Shown here piece by piece: positions 24,151-35,912 of a stretch of DNA of 64,000 nucleotides. The translations under genes and the position numbers were made by a program. Where the stretch lies: contig NC_086107.1 of assembly GCF_963921235.1 (NCBI RefSeq), positions 112,222,001 through 112,286,000 on the forward strand, read 5' to 3'. The notes under the pieces were generated by a model. It saw only the letters and a program-made list of their open reading frames with translations. It did not search any database and was not told the origin of the DNA. Position 1 is the first letter of the stretch; the number at the start of each line of letters is the position of its first letter. The stretch is from Mobula hypostoma. Taxonomy: Eukaryota.

Positions 24151-24979
24151 GAGTCCATTAGTTGTGGGACCAATTGATGTTGAGTGAAGTTAACTTCTTT
24201 GGTTCAAGGGCCTGATGGTTGAGGGGTAGTAACTGTTCCTGAACCTGGTGGTGTGAGTCCTGAGGCTCCTGTCCTTTCTTCCTGATGGCAGTGGTGAGAA
24301 GAGAGCATGATCTAGGTGGTGGGGGTCCCTGATGATGGATGCTGCTTTCCTGCGACAGCGCTCTGTGCAGATGTTCTCAATGGTGGGGAGGGCTTTACCC
24401 GTGATGGACTGGGCTGTATCCACTACGTTTTGTAGGATTTTCTGTTCAAGGGCATTGGTGTTTCCATACCAGGCTGTGATGCAGCCAGTCAATACACTCT
24501 CCACCACACATCTAAAGAAGATTGTCGGAGTTTTAGATGTCATGCTGAGTATTTGCAAACCTCTCAGGAAGTAGAGGCACTGCCATGTTTTCTTCATAAT
24601 TGCAGTTACCTGCAGGGCCCAGGAGTGATAACAAATATTAGTATTTCAACATTTATGTGAAATTTGATAAGTGCATGGAAGAGAGGGGTAAAGTGGTTCA
24701 TGATCTGAGTGCAGGTCAATGGGACTAGGCTGATTAACTAGATGGGCCGAAGGGCCTGTTTCTCTGCTCTAATGTGCTGTGACTCCGTGACTCTAAATAC
24801 TGGGAAACTGATGCCCTGATCCTGTGAGGGTATAAAAATATTCAGAGGAGCTTTCCCTTTCACGTGTCACTGAACTCAACCATTCCAGAATTCAAGTATT
24901 CAGATATTAAATCTTTCGGCTTCAAAGAGCTCTTGAGGCCCCCAATATCTCCTCATCTCTCCTCTCTTTGAAAATTCTA

Positions 24980-25554
24980 CACACTGTGGCCACTTTATTA
25001 GGTATACGTGTGCACCTACTTGTTAATGCAAATATCTTATCAGCCAATTGTGTGGCAGCAACTCGATGCATTAAAGCATGCAGACGTGGTCAAAAGGTTC
25101 AGTTATTGTTCAGACCAAACATCAGAATGGGGAAGAAATGTGATCTAAGTGACTTTGATCGGTGGAATGATTGCTGGTGCCAGATGGGGTAGTTTGAGTA
25201 TCTCAGAAACTGCCGATCTCTTGGGGTTTTCACACACAACAGTCTCTAGAGTTTACAGAGAATGGTGAGAAAAACAGAAAACATCTAATGAGCGGCAGTT
25301 CTGTGGGTGAAAACGCCTTGTTAATGAGAGAGGTCAGAGGAGAATGGCCGGACTGGTTCAAGCTGACAGGAAGGCGACAGTAACTCAAGTGACCATTCAT
25401 TACAACAGTGGAGTGCAGAAGAGCATCTCTGAATGCACAACATGTTGAACCTTGAAGTGGATGGGCTACAGCAGCAGAAGACCACAAACGTACACTCAGA
25501 GGCCGTTTTATCAGGTACAGAAGGTACAGTTCCTAATAAAGTGGCCACTGAGTA
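24980..25554 (+). mobile_element. Non-autonomous Tc1-derived element with transposase N-terminal HTH remnant
   Basis: TIRs gtggccactttattagg / cctaataaagtggccactgag at TA sites; MGKKCDLSDFDR...ISETADLLGFSHTTVSRVYREW...WMGYSSRRP. Confidence 0.9.
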
Positions 25555-26007
25555 TAATTATCCCTTCTAATTTCACTTCTGTTTGTTCCTGCCTCTGGGC
25601 CCTTGTTCCTCTCTGTTCTACGTCATCCCTTCTCCTGTTAATTTCCCTTCATGCCTTTCAGTCTGTGATTGGCTCCATCCAATTGTATCACCTGATTCTG
25701 AACTCCACCGGCTAAAAATATTTCTCCCTCGCTTCAGTAGCTCTGCCTTGGCCTCTCTGTTCTTCTCCCAACCTTGAGGACATGCAGGAGATTTTCAGTT
25801 CTGTTACCAAGTTGGCCGTGTGCACTGCCATTATTCTTTGAACACAAGAGATTCTGCAGATGCTGGAAATCCAGAGCAACACATGTACAAAATGAAGGGT
25901 GAGGAAGGAGTACCAGCAGGCACATTGGGGATGAAACCAGGTGAGGGGTAAGATACGTCGAAGATTGGGAGGAGGTTTGGCCGAGGTATACAAAATTATG
26001 AGGGGTA

Positions 26008-26682
26008 TAGAAACATAGAAATTAGGTGCAGGAGTAGGCCATTCGGCCCTTCGAGCCTGCACCGCCATTTATTATGATCATGGCTGATTATCCAACTCAG
26101 AACCCCGCCCCAGCCTTCCCTCCATACCCCCTGACCCCCATAGCCACAAGGGCCATATCTAACTCCCTCTTAAATATAGCCAATGAACTGGCCTCAACTG
26201 TTTCCTGTGGCAGAGAATTCCAGTTTCACCACTCTGTGTGAAGAAGTTTTTCCTAATCTCAGTCCTAAAAGGCTTTGCCTTTATCCTCAAACTGTGACCC
26301 CTCGTTCTGGATTTCCCCAACATCAGGAACAATCTTCCTGCATCTAGCCTGTCCAATCCCTTTAGGATTTTATACATTTCAATCAGATCCCCCCTCAATC
26401 TTCTAAATTCCAATGAGTACAAACCTAGTTCATCCAGTCTTTCCTCATGAAAGTCCTGCCATCCCAGGAATCAATCTGGTGAACCACCTTTGTACTCCCT
26501 CTATGGCAAGGATGTCCTTCCTCAGATTAGGGGACCAAAACTGCACACAATACTCCAGGTGTGGTCTCACCAAGGCCTTGTACAACTGCAATAGTACCTC
26601 CCTGCTCCTGTACTCGAATCCACTCGCTATAAATGCCAGCATACCATTCGCCTTTTTCACCGCCTGCTGTACCTGCATGCCC
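26008..26682 (-). mobile_element. Young CR1 3' fragment nested in an older + strand CR1 (25975-26965)
   Basis: VKKANGMLAFIA...RPHLEYCVQFWSP; very similar to 58460-59117; tttctatg tail. Confidence 0.9.
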
Positions 26683-27971
26683 ACAGAGGTCATGGGTTAA
26701 GGGAGAAAGGTGAAAAGCTTAAGGGGAACCGAGGGGAAACTTCTTCACTCAGATAGTCATGAGCGCATGGAACGAGCTGCCAGCACAAGTGGTGCCGTGA
26801 ATTCAATTGTAACATTTTAGAGAAGCTGGGATAGATACATGGATTGTGGGGGTACGGAGGGCTATGGTCCTGGTGCAGATTGATGGGAGTTGGCAGATTA
26901 AATGGTTCAGCATGGACTAGATGGGCCAAAAGGCCTGTTTCTGTGCTGTACTTTTCTATGACTCGATAACCAGGTGGGAGAGGGGGTTAAAGTGAGAAGC
27001 TGGGAGGTGATAGGTGGAAGAAGTAAAGGACTGAAGAAGGAATCTGATGGGAGAGATGAGTAGACCGTGGGAGAAAGGGAAGGAGGAGGGGCACCGGGGG
27101 AGGTGATGGGCAGGTGAGGAGAGGGAAAATGGTGAGAGGGGGAACAGAATGGAGAATAGAAAAGGTGAGAAGGGAGATGGGGGGGGGGTGGTGCAAATCA
27201 CCAGAAATGAATTCCTCTTTTTCCTGATAGAACTATGTCTTTAACTGTCAGACATTTGCAGTGGCTCTTTGGCATAAGCACCGGCCTGATGGGCCACAAG
27301 GCTCGGGACAGACTTTAACTTTTTAACTTTGCTATTGGTACTGAAACAATGGCTGACTGACCCCACACAGGGCATCAGTCAGCCTTCCCCCCAGTGTCTT
27401 AACATCCTTGTCTGCTTTTCTTTTGAAGGGGATGTTGGTGTGGCAAACTGAGCCTGCATTTAATTACCCCCCCCCAGCTACTCTTCAGAAGATGGTGGTG
27501 AGTTGCAGTCCTTGAAGTGAGGAGGACGTGCCAGTTTTCTGAGCCCATGATCTATTTCCGAATCAGCATCAGGAAGGTGTGCAGCTTGAAGGGCAACTTC
27601 CAGGCGATTTATCCCCAATGCTTTTGCTGTCTTTGTCCTTCCGGCTGGCAGTGACAGGGGAACAGGTCCCACATCCTTGCTGTAGCCACTCAGCACAGAA
27701 ACAGGTCATTTGGCCCATCATATGTATTCCATCAAGCAATCGCCCTTCCACTCCAATCTCATTTTTGTCCTTGCAAACCCTTAAAATAGACCCTTCTGCC
27801 CACCTGAATTAGGGGCAATTTACAGTGGGCAACTACCCTAACATCCCAGCATTTTCTTGGCACGTGGGAGGGAACAGCAAGTCCACGGGGTGAACCTGCA
27901 AACTCCACAAAGACAGTACCAGAGGTCAGGATTGAACCTGGATCACTGAAGCTGCAGGTGAGACAAACGGG

Positions 27972-28535
27972 CTCCTCCGCTCCGTCCGCCAAAACAGACA
28001 GGATCTCCCAGTAGCCACCCACTTCAACTCTGCTTCCCACTCCCATTCAGATATGTCCATACATGGCCTCCTGTACTGCCATGATGAGGCTAAACTCAGG
28101 TTGGAGGAGCAACACCTCATATACCATCTAGGTAGTCTCCAGCCCCTTGGTATGAACATAGAATTCTCCAGCTTCCGGTAATTCCCTCCCCCTCCTTTCC
28201 CCTATCACTACGTCACCTTGCCCCCTCCCCCAGCTGCCTGTTACCTCCCTCATGGTTCTGCCTCCTTCTACTACCCATTGTGCTTTCCCCTATTCCTTCT
28301 CCACCTTTCCTGCCTATCACCTCCCTGCTTCCCCTCCCCCACCCCTTTATCTTTCCCCTTACTGGTTTTTCACCTGGAACCTACCAGCCTTCTCCTTTCC
28401 ACCCTCCCCCCACCTTCTTTATAGGGCCTCTGCCCCTTCCCTCTTCAGTCCTGACGAAGGGTTCCGGCCCGAAATGTTGATTGATCATTTCCACGGACGC
28501 TGCCCGACCTGCTGAGTTCCTCCAGCATGTTGTGA
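27972..28535 (+). mobile_element. Penelope-like 3' fragment with TSD
   Basis: PVATHFNSASHSHSDMSIHGLLYCHDEAKLRLEEQHLIY; pLTR; 14-bp TSD gtgagacaaacggg at 27958-27971 and 28536-28549. Confidence 0.9.
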
Positions 28536-28827
28536 GTGAGACAAACGGGAGGCTGATCAACTCTTCCACCAACTAACTCAACCCCTCCACAACCCCAACC
28601 CACCAAGAGTTTATCATTTCCTGTCAAAGTTACCTTATGTACAGACACTCGTGTGCCTAGAGTCACTTTATGGACATACAATCAATCTACGTAATATAAG
28701 CCATCTAATGTATTTATATTTATTGTGTTTTTTATCTTATTATGTTTTTGTGCTGAATTGGATGGGGAGTAACAATTATTTCATTCTCCTTTACACTTGT
28801 AAAAACAGAACAAACACTACGACAGAA

Positions 28828-29225
28828 TGCTTGTTACACCGCTGGCGTTTAGGGCAGCAATGAAGGTCCTTCATCTCTGGTGGTGTTCAGGGCTTCCTTC
28901 ACCATGTCAGTAGCTTCCTCTTGGTCCTCACTACTGTCAGTCGTGCAAGTCCCGGGTGGAGACTCAGGAACACCAACGCTCTCACATGTAGGACTCTTCA
29001 TTGCTGTTTATAACTACAGTTTTGTTTGACCAGTCAGGGTTGTTAGCCCTGAGCTGAACCCCTAAACCCGGAGGACCGGTGTCTGGCCTCTACCCTTTGA
29101 CCTGGTTGGCATGGTGACCCTACCGGGAGCCAAAGCATAAAGCCCTGACTCCAACCAACGTAGCTCTCCAGGTCGTTGAGGCTCGCAAACCTCCAAACTC
29201 TACGTTGTGGGCCTCTTGGAGGACC
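28828..29225 (-). mobile_element. Bipartite non-autonomous RTE-derived element
   Basis: Reverse relative of 49590-49925 (gggctaacaaccctgactggtc ... aggaccttcattgctgcc). Confidence 0.65.
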
Positions 29226-29384
29226 TGTGTGCAGGAAATGACATTAAACAAATCTTGAAGCTTGAGCCGTGAATCTCATGTGCGGTTCAGGGTTTGACCT
29301 GGCGCTCTGAGAGAGAAAGGAAGAAAGAGAGAGAGGGATGGAGGGAGGAGGGGAGGAGGGGGGGGGGAGAGAGAGAAAGAATGT

Positions 29385-30490
29385 CATTTCTAGTACAGAA
29401 GTGTAAAGGGGAATGAGTTACTCGGAATCTGATGCAGCACAAAAACAAAACATATTAAGATAAAGAACATAATAATTAAAACACAATAAATATAAATACA
29501 TAAGCTAGTGTATATACTTACTTTATACTTTATTGTCGCCAAACAATTGATACTAGGACGTACAATCATCACGGCGATATTTGATTCTGTGCTTTCTGCT
29601 CCCTTGATTACAAATATTAAATATTAAAAATAGAAATTAGTAAATATAAAAATTTAAATTATAAATCATAAATAGAAAAATGGAAATTAAGGTAGTGTTA
29701 AAAAACCGAGAGGCAGGTCCGGATATTTGGAGGGTACGGCCCAGATCTGGGTCAGGATCCGTTCAGCAGTCTTATCACAGTTGGAAAGAAGCTGTTCCGA
29801 AATCTAGCCATACCAGTCTTCAAGCTCCTGAGCCTTCTCCCAGAGGGAAGAGGGACGAAAAGTGTGTTGGCTGGGTGAGTCGTGTTTGACTATCCTGGCA
29901 GCACTGCTCCGACAGCGTGCGTTGTAAAGTGAGTCCAAGGATGGAAGATTGGTTTGTGTGATGTGCTGCACCGTGTTCACGATCTTCTGCAGCTTCTTTC
30001 GGTCTTGGACGGGACAACTTCCATACCAGGTTGTGATGCACCCTAGAAGAATGCTTTCTATGGTGCATCTATAAATATATATACATAGATTGATTTATTG
30101 TCTATAAAGTGATGCTAGGGTTCACAAGGTGACTGATGGGAAACAATAAAGTAGTGGTGGAGTTAATGGGTGGAGTTGTTGATCAGCCTTACCGCTTGGG
30201 GAGAGGAACTGTTTTTGAGTCTGGTGGTCCTGGCGTGGATGCTACGTAGCCTCCTCCCTGATGGGAGTGGGACAAACAGTCCATGAGCAGGGTGTGTGGG
30301 ATCCTTCATGGTGTTACTGGCCCTTTTCCAGAAACTTTCTGTATACATGTCCTTGATAGCGGGTAGGCTGGCTCTGGTGATGCGTTGGGCAGCTTTGACT
30401 ACCCGTTGTAGAGCTTTCCTGTCCATTGCAGTGCCGTTTCCGTCCCGCGCAGTGATCCGGCTTGTTCAGATGCTCTCTTCTGCATGTCTG
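29385..30490 (-). mobile_element. Two nested Rex1/Babar-type LINE fragments (inner copy about 29515-30072)
   Basis: DRKALQRVVKAAQRIT...KDPTHPAHGLFVPLPSGRR; inner copy with its own tail flanked by tatatac. Confidence 0.85.
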
Positions 30491-32375
30491 AAAAAGTGCA
30501 TGATTATATTTTCATCCACAGTCAAATAAAAATAGAAAGTGCTGGAAATACTCAGTGGGTCAGGCAGCATCTATGGAGAGAGAAATGAAGTAGATCCTCC
30601 TGAAGAGTCATCAACACCAGTGTTTTTATTTTAGATCTCAAGTGTTGTGTCTTTCCTTTTCTTACTGATTCATTTGAATAAATTGTGGTGCTATGTCAAC
30701 TTTACTGGACGTTATATGTCAATGATTTAAATGACAAAATCGATGGCTTTGTGACCAAGTTTACGGATGATACAGAGATGGATGGGAGCTAGTGTTCAGG
30801 AAGCAGGGAGTCTGCAGAAGGACTTGGACAGATTAGGAGAACAGGCAAAAAAGTGCAGGGAAGTGTTCATCATGCACTTTGGTAGAAGGAACAAAAGCAT
30901 TGATTATTTTCTAAATGGGAAGAAAATAGGAAGTCGAAGGTACAAATGGAGTTGGGAGTCCTTCTGAAACACGTTACGATACCAGTTCAATTCCCGTCAA
31001 TGCCTGTAAGGAGATTGTACATTCTCCTCATGAACACATAGATTTCCTCCAGGTGCTCTGGTTTCCTCCCACAGTCCAAAGACCAGTTAGTAAGTTAATT
31101 GGTCGTTGTAAATTGTCCTGTGATTAGGCTCAGATTAAATCAGAGGTTTGCTGGAAGGGCCTACGAGGTCAATAACTAAGTAAATAAATAAACAAACAAA
31201 AACATATATAATCTCTCTCTCTAGTTATCCAATCCTAATCATCCTTAAATTTGACCACTGCCCCTCAGCTGGACCGTAAGCTCTAAGTTCCCTCATGAAC
31301 CTCTCTGCTGCTCTCTCCCTCTCCTTTAAGAGCCCCCTGAAATCCCACCTGTTTCAACTTCCTGTCACAGTGGCCGGATATCTCCCTCTGTCGTCTGGTG
31401 TCTAATTTCGGTTATTGACAAAAGGCCACAAAATGCTTCTGCTGCTTTGTAAGAGAGCTTTAATAAAGGCAAAATCGTTGGTGGCGATGCAGCCTGCCAG
31501 CTTGTACCCTGGTGGGCTTTCAACCGATAGAGGATGGGATGTGGGAGGTTTCCTAGGGGCTTTCGATGGGGGTGGGGGGAAGGCTCTTACAGATAATGAA
31601 GTAGGCTGCAAAGTGATTCACACCCCCCCCCCACTGCCTCCATCAGCGGCCCTGGCCCGTTACAGAGGATTGATTTGCAACACTGCAATGTGTGTGACGT
31701 CAGGCCCTGTGATCTGCAGAGAGTTTTAGGGATGTCCTTGAGCCAGAGATGCTCCGCATCTGCACCTGGATCATCAGACTGTCACTCGCAGGGTCACGGT
31801 GTGAGCTTCCACAGCGCACTGCACCCCTGCTCAAAGGCACCAGGTTACTAACCCACTTCCCCACCCGCTCCATTAAGCAGGCTTATGCAGCACAAAAACA
31901 GGCCACTCAGCCCATTAGATCTATGCTGTGCAAGAACCTCTTCCCCCCCCACCCCCCACCCACCCATCCCTTCTCATCTCCCTTCCACTACATTGGAAAA
32001 CACGGTCTATTTTTGTGACGTGGTGTACAAAGTTCTAGAATAGTACACACACAAAATGCTGGAGGAAATTAGCAGGTCAGGCAGCATCGATGGAAAGGAA
32101 TTAAAGAGTTTATGCTATTGCTAACCCGTGGTACGTTATAAAAATAAGAACACAACACGGGCCAAGACCCTTCATCGGGACTGGAAAGGAAGGGGGAAGA
32201 ATAAGAAGGTACAGGAGGAGGGGAAGGAGGACAAGCTGGAAGGTGATAGATGGAACCGGCTGAGAGGGTTGAGGGGGGGATGACGTAAGAAGCTGGGAGG
32301 TGATAGGTGGAAGAGGTAAAGGGCTGAAGAAGAAGAAATCTGATAGGAGAGGAGATGAGCCAAGGGAGAAAAGGA

Positions 32376-33080
32376 GTATTAAGGTCTTAATTTCTATTCA
32401 GGTTTAATTAAACTGTTTAATTATATTTTGTATTCAATACCACACAAAGAGCTATTTTTCTTTGAACAGTACCCCCACATCCTCAACAGGTTTCTTCTGC
32501 TTAATTTTATCCTTACTTGCTGCCCATCCACTTCATGTTGGGAGTGAGAAGTGGAGACCCACCACTCTCCGGGGTAAGGGGTTTCTCTTGAGTTGACGTC
32601 CAAAACATAGATGCCAATGAGGGGTGTAGCCCCCCCCCCGGCCAACCTTTGTGCACAAACATTTGGAGCTCAAGACCCTCCTTCTTCACCCTGTGACCCC
32701 TCGGACCACCTTGACCGGCCGCCTGGGACCAACAACGGTGGTCGACCAGACGCTCCACACGAGTCTGTCTCCATCTCCTCTCCTCGCCGAACGGCCTCCT
32801 TGGGGTCCGACCCCGTTAGCGGACTCACAGCACCTGGTCCATCCTCTGTCTGTCTCTCCCACCTTCTGCCTCAAAACCCCACGCATACAGTATCTTCAAA
32901 TACACCAAAATCATAACAACTATCCCAATTGGTTCATTCATCCTCATAATGCAAAACAAACTGCTAGTGGGAAGGACCTTCTCAGCATTTAACATAACAA
33001 AGAAGCATTCCCAAGTATAACATAACGAAGAAGCCATTTTAATTAGCCTACTCAGTAACATAAGAGATGAAACCCCCTTA
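32376..33080 (-). mobile_element. LTR-like repeat (partial)
   Basis: Sharp tgtaaggggtttc terminus at 33080 on the minus strand; CpG-containing non-coding body; other end and TSD not found. Confidence 0.4.
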
Positions 33081-33998
33081 CAGGGGTATAGTTGGGGTAA
33101 ATGCAAGCAGATTTTTCCAGTGAGGTTGGGTGGGACTACAACTAGAGGTCAAGGAGAGAAGGGAAGAAGATGGTGCCAGCAGATAACACAACCAGGGGCT
33201 TCACCCTCCAAATGCAGTTTGTGGATTGGACTCTGTGTTCATGTTATGATGTGTTTCTGGTTTCTGGCTGCTCCTCTCCTTGTTGCTATTGTAGATGATT
33301 TTGAATCGGCCCGGCCTGCAGGTAATGAACGCTGAGCTGAACTGAACATGCCTGGACTTTCCATTTTTGTGATTTGTATTCTCTGTTTCTTTGCTCTTTC
33401 TTTTTGTTGCTGTTTTCACAGTTTTGTTTTTTTAAGCACGTGGTGGGGGTTGATGTCTTTCATTGTTTCATGGCTGTCTGTGGTCAGACGAATCTCAGGG
33501 TTGTGTACTGAATACAGTTTGATAATAAATGTTCTTTGAATCTTTGATCATTCCTGATTCATAGTCATTAATGTTCATCCTGTTTTAATTGTTCCCCTTC
33601 TCTCTGTTCTCATTCACCTCTTTCTCCTTACACCTCCTCCAGTCAGTTGTAAAAAACAAGTCTTCAACATGGTGGAGCGGACACGATGGGCCGAATGGCC
33701 TAATTCTGCTCCTATGTCTTACTGTCGTATGAGGTTCCTGATATGTCAGGAAGTCAAAGGTTACGGGGAAGGCAGGAGAATGGGGGTTGGGAGGGATTAT
33801 AAATCAGCCATGATGCAATGACAGAGCAGACACGATGGGCTGAATGGCCTAATTCTGCTCCTATGCCTTTTGCTCTAAGACCCTCCCCAGCAGGCACTGC
33901 CACCCCTTGTGTCATCCAGCCTCTCTTGACCACAGATATCCCCTTCGTTCTCTCCACTCCTCCCTTTCTCTGCACTCTGACTTTATAGTTCTGCTGAC

Positions 33999-34707
33999 AC
34001 AAAAAATGCTGGTGAACGCAGCAGGCCAGGCAGCATCTATAGGAAGAGGTACAGTTGACGTTTCGGGCCGGGACCCTTCGTCAGAACTAACTGGAAGAAG
34101 AGATAGTAAGAGATTTGAAAGTGGGAGGGGGAGGGGGAGATCCGAAATGATAGGAGAAGACAGGAGGGGAGGGATGGAGTCAAGAGCTGGAGAAGGGAGA
34201 GGATCATGGGACGGGAAGCCTGGGGAGAGAGAGAAGGGAGGAGGGGAGCCTGGAGGGTGGAGAGCAGGCAAGGAGTGAGAGGGACAGAGGGAGAAAAAAG
34301 AGAGAGAGAAAAAAAGGGGGGGAAATATATAAAATAAATAAGGGATGGGGTGTGAAGGGGAGGAGAGGCATTGACGGAAGTTGGAGATGTCAGTGTTCAT
34401 GCCATCAGGTTGGAGGCTACCCAGACGGAATATAAGGTGTTGTTCCTCCAACCTGAGTGTGGCTTCATCTTGACAGTAGAGGAGGCCATGGATAGACATA
34501 TCAGAATGGGACGTGGAATTAAAATGTGTGGCCACTGGGAGATCCTGCTTTCTCTGGCAGACAGAGCGTAGGTGTTCAGCGAAATGGCCTCCCAGTCTGC
34601 GTCAGGCCTCACCAATATATAGAAGGCCTCACTGGGAGCACCGGACACAGTATATCACCCCAGTCGGTGTGTTGCTTGAATTTCCAGCATCTGCAGATTT
34701 CCTCGTG
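33999..34707 (-). mobile_element. Penelope-like insertion with internal inversion and TSD
   Basis: ATHFNSTSHSDMSIHGLLYCQDEATLRLEEQHLIFRLGSLQPDGMN; 16-bp TSD ttatagttctgctgac at 33983-33998 and 34708-34723. Confidence 0.9.
34052..34089 (-). ncRNA. Minimal type-I hammerhead ribozyme in a Penelope pLTR
   Basis: tagtt-CTGACGA-a-gggtcccggccc-GAAA-cgtc-aactg: intact core, stems I and II pair, palindromic ACGT stem III. Confidence 0.75.
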
Positions 34708-35134
34708 TTATAGTTCTGCTGACCCTGTTTCTCCCTTCACAGATGCTGCCAGACCTTCTGAGTATTTTCTGATTTCATTTCAGGTTGCCAATATCTGCAG
34801 TTTTACTTGGGGACTTTTTTTTTTGGTCAGTGCTGGAAATCTGAAATAGCTACAGGAAGTGCTGGAAAGTCTTAGCAGATCAGGCACGGTAACAGTGCCC
34901 CTCCAGATCAACAAACCCACACCACCCCATTACACCCATGTGACCATGTAGCCCTTACATCTTTGGAATGTGGGAGGAAACCAGAGCACCCAGAGGAAAC
35001 CTACGCAATCACAGAGAGAACTATTTGCGGTCCACGGTGGAATAGAACTGGATCACTGGTATCATAGTAGTGTTATGGTAACTGCTGTGTCGCTCTTCCG
35101 CCCCTAACTGCTACAAGTCGATGTCTCTAAAAGG

Positions 35135-35450
35135 AGGCATCCACCATTAAGGACCCCCTACACCCAGGACATGCCCTCTTCTCATTGCCACCATCAGGGA
35201 GGAGGTACAGGAGCCTGAAGACTCACACTCAGTATTTTAGGAACAGCTTCTTCCCCTCCGCCATCAGATTCCTGAACGGACAGTGAACCCATGAACGCTA
35301 CCTCACGATTTTTGCTCTCTCTTTGCACTGCTTATTTAAATGTTTGAATATATCTTTATTATTATGTATTTTATGTATTGCACGGAACTGCTGCTGTAGA
35401 AGGGAAAACTTTGTGCCACACGTCGGTGAGAAATGACCTGATTCCGATTT
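35135..35450 (+). mobile_element. Rex1/Babar-type LINE 3' fragment
   Basis: IKDPLHPGHALFSLPPSGRRYRSLKTHT. Confidence 0.85.
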
Positions 35451-35912
35451 GGTTTCTGTTCCGCTACCGTGCCATCCCATTTGTGGAAACATCTCCTCTA
35501 CATCTGCCCCGGTAAAGTCTACTGTTAGATTGTTCTATTTTTTTTCTCTTCTGGAAATAAGTTATCGATCCATAAAGCATAGACAGGCCATTCAGCCCAA
35601 CTCACCCATTCCAACCATGGTGCCTCCCCCCCCCATGCTAGTCCCAATTGCCTATGTACCTTTAAATGTCTCTTATCCATGTACTTACCCAAATGTTGCT
35701 CCAGTCTGTTCAATGAATCACTTTGCTCAATTGGTCCCCTTGTGCTTCACGGACCAATTGCTTTGGAACTCAGGTGAAAGCCATGTAGGGGGTGAGGAAG
35801 AGACTGAGAGCATCACAAAAACCAGGGAGACACGAGGAGAAAATGTGAGTGAAGCAGTCAGAGCAAAATATATGAATTAATAGCATGGGTATGAATACAT
35901 TTTTATAAACTG

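Larger units (their letters stand above)
22865..24625 (-). mobile_element. Rex1/Babar-type LINE 3' part, interrupted by a CR1 pair at 23093-24150
   Basis: LYFLRGL...VESVLTGCITAWYGN...IIRDPHHLDHALFSPLPSGRK (24190-24597); UTR continues at 22865-23092 with tttgaac tail. Confidence 0.85.

Noticed and set aside
33912..34535. 207-aa ORF
   Set aside because: Penelope GIY-YIG tail running into low-complexity UTR; not a gene
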